Counted from the first letter of the stretch, positions 1 through 10,089 are shown. The stretch is 64,000 nt of DNA from Bacteriovoracia bacterium (GCA_050251055.1 JBFWNL010000001.1:299825-363824), one strand, 5' to 3'. Notes: generated by a model from the letters alone, not told the origin. Translations and numbers: made by a program.

Positions 1-279
1 CCGCGGCTCGCGCAGGACCACGCCTTGGCACAGGCGATCGCCCACGGCGTGCGTAAAATGAAACGCTTTCAACTCGCGATCGACACGGTGGAGACCAACA
101 TCGTATTCGTGAAAGTTTCCGGGGGAAAGGCCGCCGACGTCACGGCCGCCTTGGCGCGCGAAGGACTCCTCGCCATCGACACGGCGGCTGACCAGTTCCG
201 TATCGTCACGCACAAAGATGTAGGACCCGCCGACGGAGAGCGTCTCCTCGCCGTACTTACGAGTCTCGACCAAGCTTAG
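1..279 (+). CDS. ltaE: Low-specificity L-threonine aldolase, C-terminal part (5' truncated by window)
   Basis: Frame open from base 1: PRLAQDHALA...VETNIVFV...RIVTHKDV matches the RLxxDH, TNIVF and RxVTHxDV motifs of threonine aldolases. Confidence 0.8.
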   Translation, partial: PRLAQDHALAQAIAHGVRKMKRFQLAIDTVETNIVFVKVSGGKAADVTAALAREGLLAIDTAADQFRIVTHKDVGPADGERLLAVLTSLDQA

Positions 280-1756
280 GACGAACCCCCTTGGCGGCCT
301 TCTGGCTGTGGGACTCGAGCGCTAACCCATTGAGCGCGAACTGAATAAGCCCGCTGATACCGCCGCGGAATAGCCCCACCATCATCTTCGTGAAGAGTTC
401 GTATTTGCGGCGGGAAAAGGGATACCAGTTCGCCTCGATCTTGCGGCTATCGGCGTCGATGAGCACCGATTTGATATTGGAGAACGAATAGAATCCAAAC
501 TCCCCTTTGTAGCGCCCAATCCCGCTCTGTTTGACGCCCCCGAATGGAAGCGCGTGGTTGCCTTCCGAGAGCATCACGTTATTGATCGACACGTTGCCCG
601 TCTCCAAAGCCCGGGCAACGCGGGTGGCGCGCTTTAAATCCTTGCTCCAGACGCTGGCCGACAGCCCGTAATCAGAATCGTTGGCGGCGGCAATCACTTC
701 TGCCTCTGTCTTAAAGGGAATGATGGGAAGAATCGGCCCAAAGGATTCCTCGCGAACGACGTCTTGCTCGGGGCCTGCCGCCTCGATCAGGATGGGCGGG
801 ACCCGCCGGGACTGCCGGTCCCAGTTCTTTCCCGTGAGCACGCGCGCTCCGGCTTTTTCGGCGCGCTCCAGCTGGCGGGCCAGGATTTCCGTCTGAAAGG
901 GTACCGTCATCTCCCCGAATTCCGCCTCGCCCTCCTGATCCACGCCCAATCGACAGGCTGACCAGATTCGCGTTAACTCGGCCTTAAATGGTGCGTAAAT
1001 CGATTCGTGCACGTATAGGCGCTCAACTGAAGTGCACGATTGGCCCGAGTTCGTAAGCTTGCCCCAGGCCGCGCCGGCGGCGGCGCGCTCGATATTCACG
1101 TCTTCAAATACGATCATAGGATCTTTCCCACCTAGCTCTAGCTCAACGGGAATGAGATGCTCCGATGCCTGCGCCAGGATTCGTTTGCCGGTTTTCACGC
1201 TGCCGGTGAAGAAAATCTTCTGGGGTTTCTCCGCGATCAGCGCCGAGCCCGTGGCGCCGTCCCCATAGACGACCTGAATCCAGTTTTCGTCAAATCCTGC
1301 GCGTTTGAGCAAACCCTCTACCAATCCCTTCAGCGGCGTATGCTCGGAGGGCTTATAGATCGTAGCATTCCCGCATATAAAGGAGAGGGTGCAGGGAACG
1401 ACGGCCTGATAGAAAGGATAGTTCCAGGGAGAAATCACGAGCACGGTCCCCAGCGGCTCGAAATATACCCAAGACTTTTTACCCATCAGCGCGAGCGGCG
1501 TGGACGCTTTACGATCCTTGAGTATCTGAGTGGCACGGGTTTCTAAGTAATGAAGGTGCTCGAGTACGGGAAAAATTTCGGACATGAGCGCATCGGTTCG
1601 GCATTTTTGGGTATCGGCCTGGATGCGATCCATGATCGCTTCGCGCTCTTCCAAGACCAGCTCGCGCAAGCGACGAATATAGGCCAGCCGCTCTGCGACG
1701 GGCATGGACTTCAAGCGCAGGCGCGCCGTCTGGGCGTGGGAAAATACGGTTTTCAC
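257..1756 (-). CDS. Aldehyde dehydrogenase family protein
   Basis: ISPWNYP, KPSEHTP, FTGS, ELGGKDP, catalytic Cys in NSGQSC, EESFGP, PFGGVKQSG. Confidence 0.95.
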   Translation of the reverse strand: MKTVFSHAQTARLRLKSMPVAERLAYIRRLRELVLEEREAIMDRIQADTQKCRTDALMSEIFPVLEHLHYLETRATQILKDRKASTPLALMGKKSWVYFEPLGTVLVISPWNYPFYQAVVPCTLSFICGNATIYKPSEHTPLKGLVEGLLKRAGFDENWIQVVYGDGATGSALIAEKPQKIFFTGSVKTGKRILAQASEHLIPVELELGGKDPMIVFEDVNIERAAAGAAWGKLTNSGQSCTSVERLYVHESIYAPFKAELTRIWSACRLGVDQEGEAEFGEMTVPFQTEILARQLERAEKAGARVLTGKNWDRQSRRVPPILIEAAGPEQDVVREESFGPILPIIPFKTEAEVIAAANDSDYGLSASVWSKDLKRATRVARALETGNVSINNVMLSEGNHALPFGGVKQSGIGRYKGEFGFYSFSNIKSVLIDADSRKIEANWYPFSRRKYELFTKMMVGLFRGGISGLIQFALNGLALESHSQKAAKGVRPKLGRDS

Positions 1757-1889
1757 GCGGGCCTCCTCCTCAGTTAAAACTCTTCACCTGTCAAAAGACT
1801 AGACACGATTCTAAGGAGATCTCCCCTTTAATTCCAGGAAAACCCCTGGTTATACGAATATGTACGACCATGGCCAAGCGTGTCAGTTA

Positions 1890-1905
1890 TGGCACCTCTC
1901 TTGCT
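1890..1905 (+). promoter_or_regulatory. Sigma54 (-24/-12) promoter
   Basis: TGGCAC-CTCTC-TTGCT matches TGGCAC-N5-TTGCW, 30 nt before the ATG at 1936. Confidence 0.75.
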
Positions 1906-1935
1906 TTATGTCGCTTCAGTAGGAGTCTATTTTTT

Positions 1936-2997
1936 ATGCTGCGTAATCTTGCTGTACTTGCGGTTTCCCTGAGCTTGGCCAACCCTCTCGCATTCGCGGG
2001 GGATAAGGCGCCCGTTTTCACGATCAAGGGCGTAGGTGCACGAGACCAAGTACGCGGAACCCTCCCTGCTCAGGATTTGCGCGATCTCATGGGCAAGGAA
2101 GAGCAAGTGATGGGACTCCAGAAAGACTACCTGAAAAAGCGCGAATGCAAGATCGACTCGAAGTACACGACGTTGATTCCTTACTGGGATGCCAAAGAGC
2201 AAGCCAAGCGAGACTGGGAGGCGACCATCGATCCTGAACTCGCCGACTTACTTGCCCAGTACTCCGGAAATCTGACTCGCATTGCTTCGGAACTCAAGGG
2301 ACCGAACAATCCTTCCGCGGCTCTCACCGTATTCACGCGGGATTTCGCCGCGTACGCTAAGACGGTGCGTGAGCTGGAAAATTTTGAAAAGTCCGATGAA
2401 GCCGAAGGCAACTGGTTCGACCATTCCCACAAGCGCAAGCGTAAGGGGCATACGGAAAAAGCCGATATCGAGCTCCAAACGCTGGTGAACAATAACCGAG
2501 CGAACCTGGCTAACCTCATCACGATCCACACGGCCGCGAAGACAGCGATCGAAAACGACGGCCGTAATCCTGACTTGCTGGATAAGGTGGAAGAACTTTA
2601 CTACCACAGCCGCGTGCTAGCGGTGCTGAACTACGCGCTGAAGAAACTCGATCACGCGGAAGCGCAAAACGCCTATCGCATGCAGGTGCTTCGTAACTTC
2701 AACGGCGACCTGATCAACACCGCCGGTTTTGACGACGCCTGCGCGGTGGTCAGAAAAGTCGGCCAGATCGACGCCTTGCTCACCGCCCTGAGCGGTGGGA
2801 TCAACGATCTAGACAACGCCATCGCCGCCGCTGACGGTAGCTCGCGACGCCCCACCTTGAACAACGTGGTGGGAGACGAGCCTACCCGCGAATCCATCAC
2901 CGACGCCTACCTAAAGGCCCGTACGTTTATCTTGAACACTACCTTGCCCGACACCGTGCTCGAGAACGAAAATCTTCGCTCTTGGGTGGGCAAGTAA
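1936..2997 (+). CDS. Secreted hypothetical protein, probably helical
   Basis: AGGAG RBS at 1921 before ATG 1936; signal peptide MLRNLAVLAVSLSLANPLAFA; no family recognised. Confidence 0.75.
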   Translation: MLRNLAVLAVSLSLANPLAFAGDKAPVFTIKGVGARDQVRGTLPAQDLRDLMGKEEQVMGLQKDYLKKRECKIDSKYTTLIPYWDAKEQAKRDWEATIDPELADLLAQYSGNLTRIASELKGPNNPSAALTVFTRDFAAYAKTVRELENFEKSDEAEGNWFDHSHKRKRKGHTEKADIELQTLVNNNRANLANLITIHTAAKTAIENDGRNPDLLDKVEELYYHSRVLAVLNYALKKLDHAEAQNAYRMQVLRNFNGDLINTAGFDDACAVVRKVGQIDALLTALSGGINDLDNAIAAADGSSRRPTLNNVVGDEPTRESITDAYLKARTFILNTTLPDTVLENENLRSWVGK

Positions 2998-3093
2998 GCC
3001 CGCACGGTTTAGTCACCCTGCTTAGTCCGTCATGGATTTGACATCCCGCTTTGACCTCCAGCTGGGGCGTGTCTTCGCCGATACGCCTGGTAT

Positions 3094-3696
3094 ATGTGGG
3101 ACTTCATATCGCATAGCGCGCGCGCTAAACGTAATCGAGCCATTGAACAAAAGAAGAAGGAAGCAGCCGCCAAGCTGATCTCCAGCTTCCACTTGAAGCG
3201 AGTCCCCGCCCAGATTCGCATCTCCGGAGGCTTAGGTGGAGTCACGCAGGTCGTGCAGGCCCGGATCGTGTCGACGGATCTTGCCGAAAAGCGCGTCCGC
3301 ATCTTCACGCCGGTCGAGCTCCCCGAAGGCTTGGAAGTATCGATCACTTTCGCCGACCCCCAGCAGTTTTACATCAAAGGCAAGGTCCGCTGGAGCCGCG
3401 AGCACAACTTGCATCGCACGGTCATGTCGTCGGTGAATTACCCTTATCGATCTGAAATTTCGTTCGTGATGGAAACGGAAGCCGAGCGCGAGCGCGTGCG
3501 GGAATTCGCCCATAACTTCGCTCGCCGCTTTATCGCCAACGAAGAGCCGACGGATGCCCCTGCCCCAGCGGCGGCGACCGCCCGGGGAATGCCGAAGCCC
3601 GCGACCACATCTCAACGCGTTGAGATGCCACAGACCGAAATCACGCCGGAAAACGTGGCCGAGCTGGCCGCGCGCCGCCCGGCGAAAATCGCCTAA
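3094..3696 (+). CDS. PilZ-like domain protein (degenerate)
   Basis: Beta-strand pattern ARIVSTDLAEKRVRIF...LEVSITF...IKGKVRW resembles PilZ; Pro/Ala-rich tail. Confidence 0.55.
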   Translation: MWDFISHSARAKRNRAIEQKKKEAAAKLISSFHLKRVPAQIRISGGLGGVTQVVQARIVSTDLAEKRVRIFTPVELPEGLEVSITFADPQQFYIKGKVRWSREHNLHRTVMSSVNYPYRSEISFVMETEAERERVREFAHNFARRFIANEEPTDAPAPAAATARGMPKPATTSQRVEMPQTEITPENVAELAARRPAKIA

Positions 3697-3701
3697 TTCG
3701 A

Positions 3702-5264
3702 CTAGAGGGCTTTGAGCACGGCTTTCGAAGCCAATGCGCCCGGAGCACAGGTCAGGCCTCCGCCCGGATGCGCGCCACTTCCGCATAGGAAGAGCCCCGC
3801 CACGGGCGACCCGTACTGCGCCACTTCGGGCGACGGACGGGTGAAGAACTGATCCGGCGCGTGCTCGCCGTGGTGGATGTGCCCACCGGCGATGCCGTAA
3901 CGAGCTTCGAGGTCCGGCGGCGTAAGCACTTCCACGCCGACCACGGCCTTGCCGAAACCGGGAGAGTAGCGCTCGAGTTCGCGCACGACGGTGTCCTTGA
4001 GCTTGGCGCGAGTTTCCGCCGTCCACTCCCCTTTTGCCCCACCCTCGCGACAGACATAAGGCACGAAGTTCGCGAGCACCGACACCGACGCGTGCCCTTG
4101 GGGAGCGCAAGCGGCATTCGAAACGCTCGGGACCGAGATGTCGAGCACCGGGCGCTCGGGCATGCGGTCGTACTTCACGCCGTCAAAAGCCTTCTCGACG
4201 AAATCGAGATCCGATCCCGTACGGGCGAACTCAATCTGGTCGTTACCCCACTGCTTGAGGCGGAAAGGCTGGTTGAGGGCGAAGCGCAGCTGCGCGGTCG
4301 TCCCCCGCATGCGGAAGTTCTGGACGCGGCCCGCGAAGAGCTGTGGCAGATGGCGCGGGTTAACCCACTTCAAGAACGTCGTACGCGGATCGCAGCTCGA
4401 GGCTACCGCACGGGCGCTCAGCTGCTCACCCGATGCGAGCTTCACGCCCGTAACCTTACCCTGCTCGACGCAGATCTCGGCGACTTCCGCTTCGGTGCGA
4501 ATCTGCACGCCCAGTGAGCGTGCCGCCTTCTCGAGCGCCGTGGTCAAGGCGCCCGATCCACCCTTCACAAAGGTCTGGGCGCCAGCCTCCCAGAAGAGCA
4601 CGTTCAAGTTGCTCGTCGGGGACCAGGGGCCCATGTAAGTTCCAAACAGCCCCGGACCGCAGATCGCGGCCTTGAGCGGCTGAGACTCGAACCATTCGTT
4701 CATCCAGTCCGCCGCACACATGGGGCCGATGCGCAGGAACTCGAGCATGTCACCCTTACCTAGCCGGCGCAGGGACAGTGCGGTGTTCATGAGGCTCCAG
4801 ATATTGCCCAGATTCAGGTTCACGAGGTCCGGAGGTACGTCGTTGACCAGACGGTCAATAAACGGACGCAGGCGCGTGATAAAATCCTGGTACTTCAGGT
4901 ACTGGTCGGCATCCTTGGGGGAAAGCGCGCGAATCGACTGCGCGGCTTCCTGCGGCGTTCCGCCCAATACGAAGCCCGGGCCATTTTCTTTAGGCACGTA
5001 AACATGCGGACGCGTAGAAGCCAGCTGCAGGCCGTGGCGCTCAAGCCCCAGCTCCGCCACGATGTCCTTGCGTACGCCCGAGCTATCCTGGTGCACGCCC
5101 AAGGAGCGATATCCCGGATGGAACTCTTCGGTCGAGGCCAAGCCGCCCAGCTGGGCGCGCTTTTCCAGGACGAGGACTTTCTTGCCGGCCTTCGCCAGGA
5201 AAGTCGCCGTGGTTAAGCCGTTGTGTCCCCCGCCAATGACGATCGCGTCGAATTGCGTGCTCAT
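3702..5264 (-). CDS. Phytoene dehydrogenase-like (COG1233/PYROXD2-type) FAD oxidoreductase, copy 2
   Basis: GGGHNGL Rossmann motif, LEKR..LGG, LTPPDLE, GGHIHHGE, LFLCGSGAHPGGG; 4-nt overlap with the upstream paralog. Confidence 0.9.
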   Translation of the reverse strand: MSTQFDAIVIGGGHNGLTTATFLAKAGKKVLVLEKRAQLGGLASTEEFHPGYRSLGVHQDSSGVRKDIVAELGLERHGLQLASTRPHVYVPKENGPGFVLGGTPQEAAQSIRALSPKDADQYLKYQDFITRLRPFIDRLVNDVPPDLVNLNLGNIWSLMNTALSLRRLGKGDMLEFLRIGPMCAADWMNEWFESQPLKAAICGPGLFGTYMGPWSPTSNLNVLFWEAGAQTFVKGGSGALTTALEKAARSLGVQIRTEAEVAEICVEQGKVTGVKLASGEQLSARAVASSCDPRTTFLKWVNPRHLPQLFAGRVQNFRMRGTTAQLRFALNQPFRLKQWGNDQIEFARTGSDLDFVEKAFDGVKYDRMPERPVLDISVPSVSNAACAPQGHASVSVLANFVPYVCREGGAKGEWTAETRAKLKDTVVRELERYSPGFGKAVVGVEVLTPPDLEARYGIAGGHIHHGEHAPDQFFTRPSPEVAQYGSPVAGLFLCGSGAHPGGGLTCAPGALASKAVLKAL

Positions 5265-6880
5265 ACTTCACCTGATTTCAGAAGGGTTTTCGCCGCGAGC
5301 TCGCCCGGGGCGCCCATGAGGCCTCCGCCCGGGTGCGTGCCCGAGCCACACATCCAAAGGTTCTTGATCGGCGTTTTGTACCGAGCCCAGCCCGCGGCCG
5401 GGCGCAGGAACAGAAGCTGCTCGAGCGAGAGCTCACCGTGGAAGATATTGCCTTCCGTGAGACCGAATTCCTGCTCGAGATCCCAAGGCGTCAGCACCTG
5501 TTTGTGCAGGATGGACTCCTTGAGAGTCGGACAGTACTCCGCCAACGTGTCGATGACGGCGTTGCCAAAGGCTTCGCGCTTCTCGGGCCACTTCGAGGCG
5601 CCTTCCTTAATGTTATACGGGGCATACTGAACGAAGATTGACATCACGTGCTTGCCCGGAGGCGCGACCGAAGGATCGGTCAGCGACGGGATGACGACGT
5701 TGAGATAAGGGCGCTTGGAGAAGTCGCCATACTTAGCTTCATCATACGCCTTCTCGAGGTATTCCATGTTCGGCGCGATCGCGATATCGCCACGCACGTG
5801 CGGGCCGTCACCTGGGCGGCACGTGAACTCGGGGAAGCGATCGAGCGCGAGGTTAACCTTGCCCGAGCTGCCTCTGAGTTTGTAGCGCTTGATCTGGGTC
5901 GTGAACTCGGGATCCAGATGCTCCTCGCCTACGGCCTTGAGGAACGTACGGTTCGGATCCATGGAAGAGATGACGACCTTGGCTTCGATTTCTTCACCGG
6001 TCGTCAAAACGACGCCGCTCGTGGCGCCGTTCTTCACCAAGATACGTTCAATCGGAGCCTGAGTGCGGATCTCGGCGCCGTAGCTGCGCGCGGCGGAAGC
6101 CACAGCATTGCTCACGCCGCCCGTGCCACCTTTGGAAAGCCCCCAGGAGCGCATCGCGCCGTCGATCTCGCCCATGTAGTGATGCAGGAGCACGTAAGCC
6201 GTACCCGGCGAGCGCACGCCCAGGAAAGTCCCGATGATGCCGCTGACGGACATCGGGCCCTTGAGCACGTCGCTTTCGAACCACATGTCGAGGAAGTCGG
6301 CGGCCGACATCGTCATCAATTTAGAATTGACGTACATGAGATCGGGTTCGAAGTCCTTGAAGTAGCGGCCAAGCCTGAGCAGATTCCACAACTCTTTCGG
6401 ATTCACGGAAGCCGGATCCGGCGCCGGCGAATCAATGATGTTCTTGGCGAAGCGCGCGAGTTTGTTCATCGCGATCGCGAACTCGGGGTAGTTTTCGGCG
6501 TCCTTCTTACTGAAACGCGAGATCTCCTGACGCGACTTCGAGGAATCCCCCCAGCGCGCCAGGGAATCGCCGTTCGGCAGCGGCAGGAAGGCACAGTCAA
6601 GCGGCATGATCTCCATGCCGTGCTTGGCGAGCTCAAGCTCCCGGATAATATGAGGCCGGAACAGGCTCACGACGTACGAGCAAACCGAGAACGTGAAGCC
6701 CGGAAAGACCTGCTCGCTGACGGCCGCGCCACCTAAGACGTGCCGACGCTCGAGCACCAGCACCTTCTTGCCGGCCTTAGCGAGATACGCGGCGCTAACG
6801 AGGCCGTTATGACCGCCGCCGACGATGATGGCGTCGTACTTATTCGATTTCGTGCCTAAAGCTTTAGATGTCGCGCTCAT
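5261..6880 (-). CDS. Phytoene dehydrogenase-like (COG1233/PYROXD2-type) FAD oxidoreductase, copy 1
   Basis: GGGHNGLV, PGTAYVLLHH, LTPWDLE, GNIFHGEL, CGSGTHPGGG. Confidence 0.9.
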   Translation of the reverse strand: MSATSKALGTKSNKYDAIIVGGGHNGLVSAAYLAKAGKKVLVLERRHVLGGAAVSEQVFPGFTFSVCSYVVSLFRPHIIRELELAKHGMEIMPLDCAFLPLPNGDSLARWGDSSKSRQEISRFSKKDAENYPEFAIAMNKLARFAKNIIDSPAPDPASVNPKELWNLLRLGRYFKDFEPDLMYVNSKLMTMSAADFLDMWFESDVLKGPMSVSGIIGTFLGVRSPGTAYVLLHHYMGEIDGAMRSWGLSKGGTGGVSNAVASAARSYGAEIRTQAPIERILVKNGATSGVVLTTGEEIEAKVVISSMDPNRTFLKAVGEEHLDPEFTTQIKRYKLRGSSGKVNLALDRFPEFTCRPGDGPHVRGDIAIAPNMEYLEKAYDEAKYGDFSKRPYLNVVIPSLTDPSVAPPGKHVMSIFVQYAPYNIKEGASKWPEKREAFGNAVIDTLAEYCPTLKESILHKQVLTPWDLEQEFGLTEGNIFHGELSLEQLLFLRPAAGWARYKTPIKNLWMCGSGTHPGGGLMGAPGELAAKTLLKSGEV

Positions 6881-8178
6881 ACGGAGGTCCTCTCTAAGCC
6901 GCGGTCGGCGCCTTTCGGCGATCCCATCGTCATTCCAGCGGTCGCGCCTTTAGCGGCGCCGACAAAAGCCGGAGTAAAGGTTTTTCGGGCGGGGTTGAAG
7001 AACGGTGTCTTCGTCACCGTCGCGCTCACTTGGCGGCGCTTATGCTCCACCGTGATCTCGAACTTCAGCTGCGTGCCGGGCTCCGCGTGTTCGGGTGAGA
7101 CGGTGGCTAACGCCAAATTCTTCTTGAGGGTTGGCGACCAGGCGCCACTGCTCGCGTACCCCACCTGTTCGCGGCCGTCGAAATCATAAACCGGGATCGA
7201 CGTGCGCCAAGCCGCCGTCGGCACTTCGGGCGGCAGGTGATACTCGCCGAAGAGCGCTTCTATCTCTTCCCAGCTGATATCCAAGCCCACGAAAGCCTTC
7301 TGCGAGCCTTCGCGCTTTTCTTTTTGAAGGGCGGCTTGTCCCACGAAGAGATCACGCTCGAGCTGCACGGTCCAACCCAGGTTGGCCTCAAACGGCGTCG
7401 ACATGCGGCGCTCGACCAGGCAGTGATTCGCGCTCGTGTAATCCACGCCGTTCATGATGAAGCCCGCTTCGATGCGGGTGATGTCCATGGCATCCAAGCC
7501 CGCGGCTTCAATGCCGTGGGCGCGGCCATTGACCATAAGGCTATCCCAAAGCTTTAAAGCGTCCGCGCTATCCACCCAGATTTCGTAACCCAGATCGCCC
7601 GTGTAACCCGTACGGGAGATAATCGCGGACATGGGTCCCCCCTTGCCTTCGATCTTCGTCTTGGTGAAGCGGAAGAACTTCAGCTCGTCCATGCGGGCAT
7701 CGGAAATCTTCTTTAAAATCTCGCGCGAGTTTGGACCTTGCAGCGAGAGCGCGGCGTTTTTTTGACTCACGTCTTCGATCGTGACGTTGAAGCCGCGCGC
7801 GTAGCGGGTGAACCACCCGTAAGAAGGCTCGGCGGCGGTCACGCGGAATTCGTTTTCACCCAAACGAGATACCGTGCCGTCGTCGATGAGCTTACCGCGA
7901 TCATCGCACCAGCAAGTGTAGGTCACCTGCCCGATCGCGAGTTTGGACGCGTCCTTCACCGTCAGGAACGAGAGGTAAGCCGCGGCGTCGGGGCCCTTCA
8001 CGTCATACTTAAAGAGCGGCGTAACATCGATGAGACCAGCGGCGTGGCGAAAAGCAAAGTACTCGCGATCCGGGTTCGTATCGTACGCACAGACGGTGTA
8101 ATAGCCCGCCCAGTTCTTCCAACGATGGCTCACGCAAAGCTCCGCCATGCGTGGATAAAACGGTGTTTGTATTGGCAT
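6877..8178 (-). CDS. GcvT-family aminomethyltransferase (folate-binding), stand-alone
   Basis: DVTPLFKY, GKLIDDG, LQGPNSR, SRTGYTGDLGYEIW, RIEAG, WSPTLKKNLALA, PFFNPAR. Confidence 0.9.
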   Translation of the reverse strand: MPIQTPFYPRMAELCVSHRWKNWAGYYTVCAYDTNPDREYFAFRHAAGLIDVTPLFKYDVKGPDAAAYLSFLTVKDASKLAIGQVTYTCWCDDRGKLIDDGTVSRLGENEFRVTAAEPSYGWFTRYARGFNVTIEDVSQKNAALSLQGPNSREILKKISDARMDELKFFRFTKTKIEGKGGPMSAIISRTGYTGDLGYEIWVDSADALKLWDSLMVNGRAHGIEAAGLDAMDITRIEAGFIMNGVDYTSANHCLVERRMSTPFEANLGWTVQLERDLFVGQAALQKEKREGSQKAFVGLDISWEEIEALFGEYHLPPEVPTAAWRTSIPVYDFDGREQVGYASSGAWSPTLKKNLALATVSPEHAEPGTQLKFEITVEHKRRQVSATVTKTPFFNPARKTFTPAFVGAAKGATAGMTMGSPKGADRGLERTSV

Positions 8179-8228
8179 AACCCCCAGGGGCTACCACAAT
8201 GCCGGAAAAAGGGAACGGAATACCTTTG

Positions 8229-9011
8229 CTAGAGTACTGACCGTATTGACTGGGCGCGTGAGGCATCCAACGCCGCGCCGGCGCGGCCGCCCTCGCGGAT
8301 CGCGGAACCGATGATTACGCCGTCCACAAATGCCCGCCATTCCGACACGTTCTGAGGGGTGGCGCCGCTTCCTAGATAGAGTGGGATTCTGTGCACACGG
8401 GCCACCTCGGAGGCACGCTTCAAATCAGCAGATGCTGCGCTGCGGCCCGTGGTTTCGCCCGTGACGATCACCCCGTGAGCGCCGCCCCTTAAAGCGGTTT
8501 CTTCGACCGCGAGGCCAATGTCTTTGCTCGAAAGGCTTTGGGCATGCTTCACGTGAACATCCGCCAGCACTTGAACGTCCGGGCACAAGCGCTGCTTTTC
8601 CCGCATCAATTCAGCCGCATTGCCTTCAATAATTCCCTGGTCGGTGGCGGCCACCCCCGAAAGCACGTTGACGCGAATGAATCGGGCGCCGCAGGCGGCG
8701 GCGATGCCCAGGGCGGCGCGGCCATCGTTGCGCAGGACATTGATCCCGAGCGGGAGCTTCACGGCCGAGCGGACGGCTTGAGCCACGATCGCCATGGAAG
8801 CGATCGTCTCTGCGGGGACGTTCGTTTTGTAAAAAGGGGTGTCGCCGAAGTTTTCGAGAATCAGGGAATCGAATCGGGTCTTTTCCAATACGCGAGCTTC
8901 TTCACAGATTCGTTCCACGATTCCGGACAAGCCGCCGTTATCTAGACGAAATCCCGGAGCTCCGGGAAGCGGCGGCAAATGCAATACGCCAATCAGCTGA
9001 ATCGAACTCAT
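8229..9011 (-). CDS. BtpA/SgcQ family protein
   Basis: GVLHLPPLPGAP, ENFGDTPF, GINVLRND, DQGIIEG, ADVHVKH, VTGETTG. Confidence 0.9.
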   Translation of the reverse strand: MSSIQLIGVLHLPPLPGAPGFRLDNGGLSGIVERICEEARVLEKTRFDSLILENFGDTPFYKTNVPAETIASMAIVAQAVRSAVKLPLGINVLRNDGRAALGIAAACGARFIRVNVLSGVAATDQGIIEGNAAELMREKQRLCPDVQVLADVHVKHAQSLSSKDIGLAVEETALRGGAHGVIVTGETTGRSAASADLKRASEVARVHRIPLYLGSGATPQNVSEWRAFVDGVIIGSAIREGGRAGAALDASRAQSIRSVL

Positions 9012-9016
9012 GAAGT

Positions 9017-9640
9017 CTACTTACCGAAAATCTTGCCCCACAAGCCCTTCTTCTTGGCCGTGGAGTCGGAGGCTTCCGCAGGGGCCGCGCCAGGCGCGGG
9101 TGGGGCGTCGGCGCCCTTAAGCAGCTCGGCGGCTTCGGTTTGGGAGATCTTGCCGGCCTTGACCGCCTCTTCGATCGTCTTGCGGGCTTCGTCCATGCTC
9201 ATGCCTTCGGGCGCGCCCATCCCACCTTGAGCCATCTGCTGCAACATCGGGCTCATGGCGATCAAGCTTTGGAATTCCGGTGGGAGATAGCGCTCAAGCT
9301 CTTGGGCTTCCCGCGATACGTCCTTACCCGCCATCGCCTTCTGCACCAGCTGCTGGATCCGATGAACTTGGGCTTTAGGTAAGCGGCGCATGGCCTTTTG
9401 AATATTGGCCATCCAGGAAGGATCGATCTGCGAAGGATCGAAGCCGGCCATGCCTGCGCGCTCGGCTACGGCCTTGGCGGCGTCCGCGTTCTGTGCCCCA
9501 ACCTTCGGGGTCGAAAGCATCGGCTGCGCGTCCACTCCACAACAGCGCTTGTATTTCTTGCCGCTTCCGCAAGGGCAAGGCTCATTGCGACCGATCTTGG
9601 CCGTTGAAGTATTACTTGAACTTTCGGTGATGTCGGACAT
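9017..9640 (-). CDS. SEC-C motif protein with Met/Gln-rich helical region and C-terminal amphipathic helix
   Basis: [20 protein letters not shown] near the N-terminus; C-terminus [12 protein letters not shown]. Confidence 0.85.
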   Translation of the reverse strand: MSDITESSSNTSTAKIGRNEPCPCGSGKKYKRCCGVDAQPMLSTPKVGAQNADAAKAVAERAGMAGFDPSQIDPSWMANIQKAMRRLPKAQVHRIQQLVQKAMAGKDVSREAQELERYLPPEFQSLIAMSPMLQQMAQGGMGAPEGMSMDEARKTIEEAVKAGKISQTEAAELLKGADAPPAPGAAPAEASDSTAKKKGLWGKIFGK

Positions 9641-9667
9641 CGGGGTGCTCCTGGGTTTTCGGGGCGT

Positions 9668-10078
9668 CTATCGCTTGGCAGAACGAAGGCGCATGATGAC
9701 GCAATCGATGCCGCCGATGACTCCGGTTACAACAAGGCCCAGTCCGGAGTAAAGCGCGAAGCCGTAGGGATTGGGCCCCAGCATCATCGCAATGAGCCCA
9801 GCTGCGATCAAGCCTAGACTCATTCCGCAGACGGATCCGCCGCGCGAACGGTCCCAGCGCCGGGCCAGGAGCAGAATGGACGGCACCGCGAAGACGGTTC
9901 CGGCGAACTCATCGTAGAACGGAGCGGCGGCCATCACGAGGGATATGAAAACCAAAAACAAACGAGGTTTGGATTCACGAATGCGGAACGCTAGTAGCAA
10001 ATCCGCCAAGCGCGTGACGAGAATGACCCCGAACGTCAGCTGCACTGCGTGATCCACAAAGAAAAACAGCGGCCCCAT
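9668..10078 (-). CDS. Small hypothetical membrane protein
   Basis: 136-aa ORF with several hydrophobic segments filling the gap between genes. Confidence 0.5.
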   Translation of the reverse strand: MGPLFFFVDHAVQLTFGVILVTRLADLLLAFRIRESKPRLFLVFISLVMAAAPFYDEFAGTVFAVPSILLLARRWDRSRGGSVCGMSLGLIAAGLIAMMLGPNPYGFALYSGLGLVVTGVIGGIDCVIMRLRSAKR

Positions 10079-10089
10079 AAGGCTCGAGT

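Noticed and set aside
257-6880. C30 carotenoid cluster (ALDH plus two CrtI-like genes)
   Set aside because: No CrtM/CrtB synthase in the window; the flavoenzymes have GGGHNGL/HPGGG PYROXD2-type motifs and are coupled to GcvT; the ALDH is separated by two opposite-strand genes.
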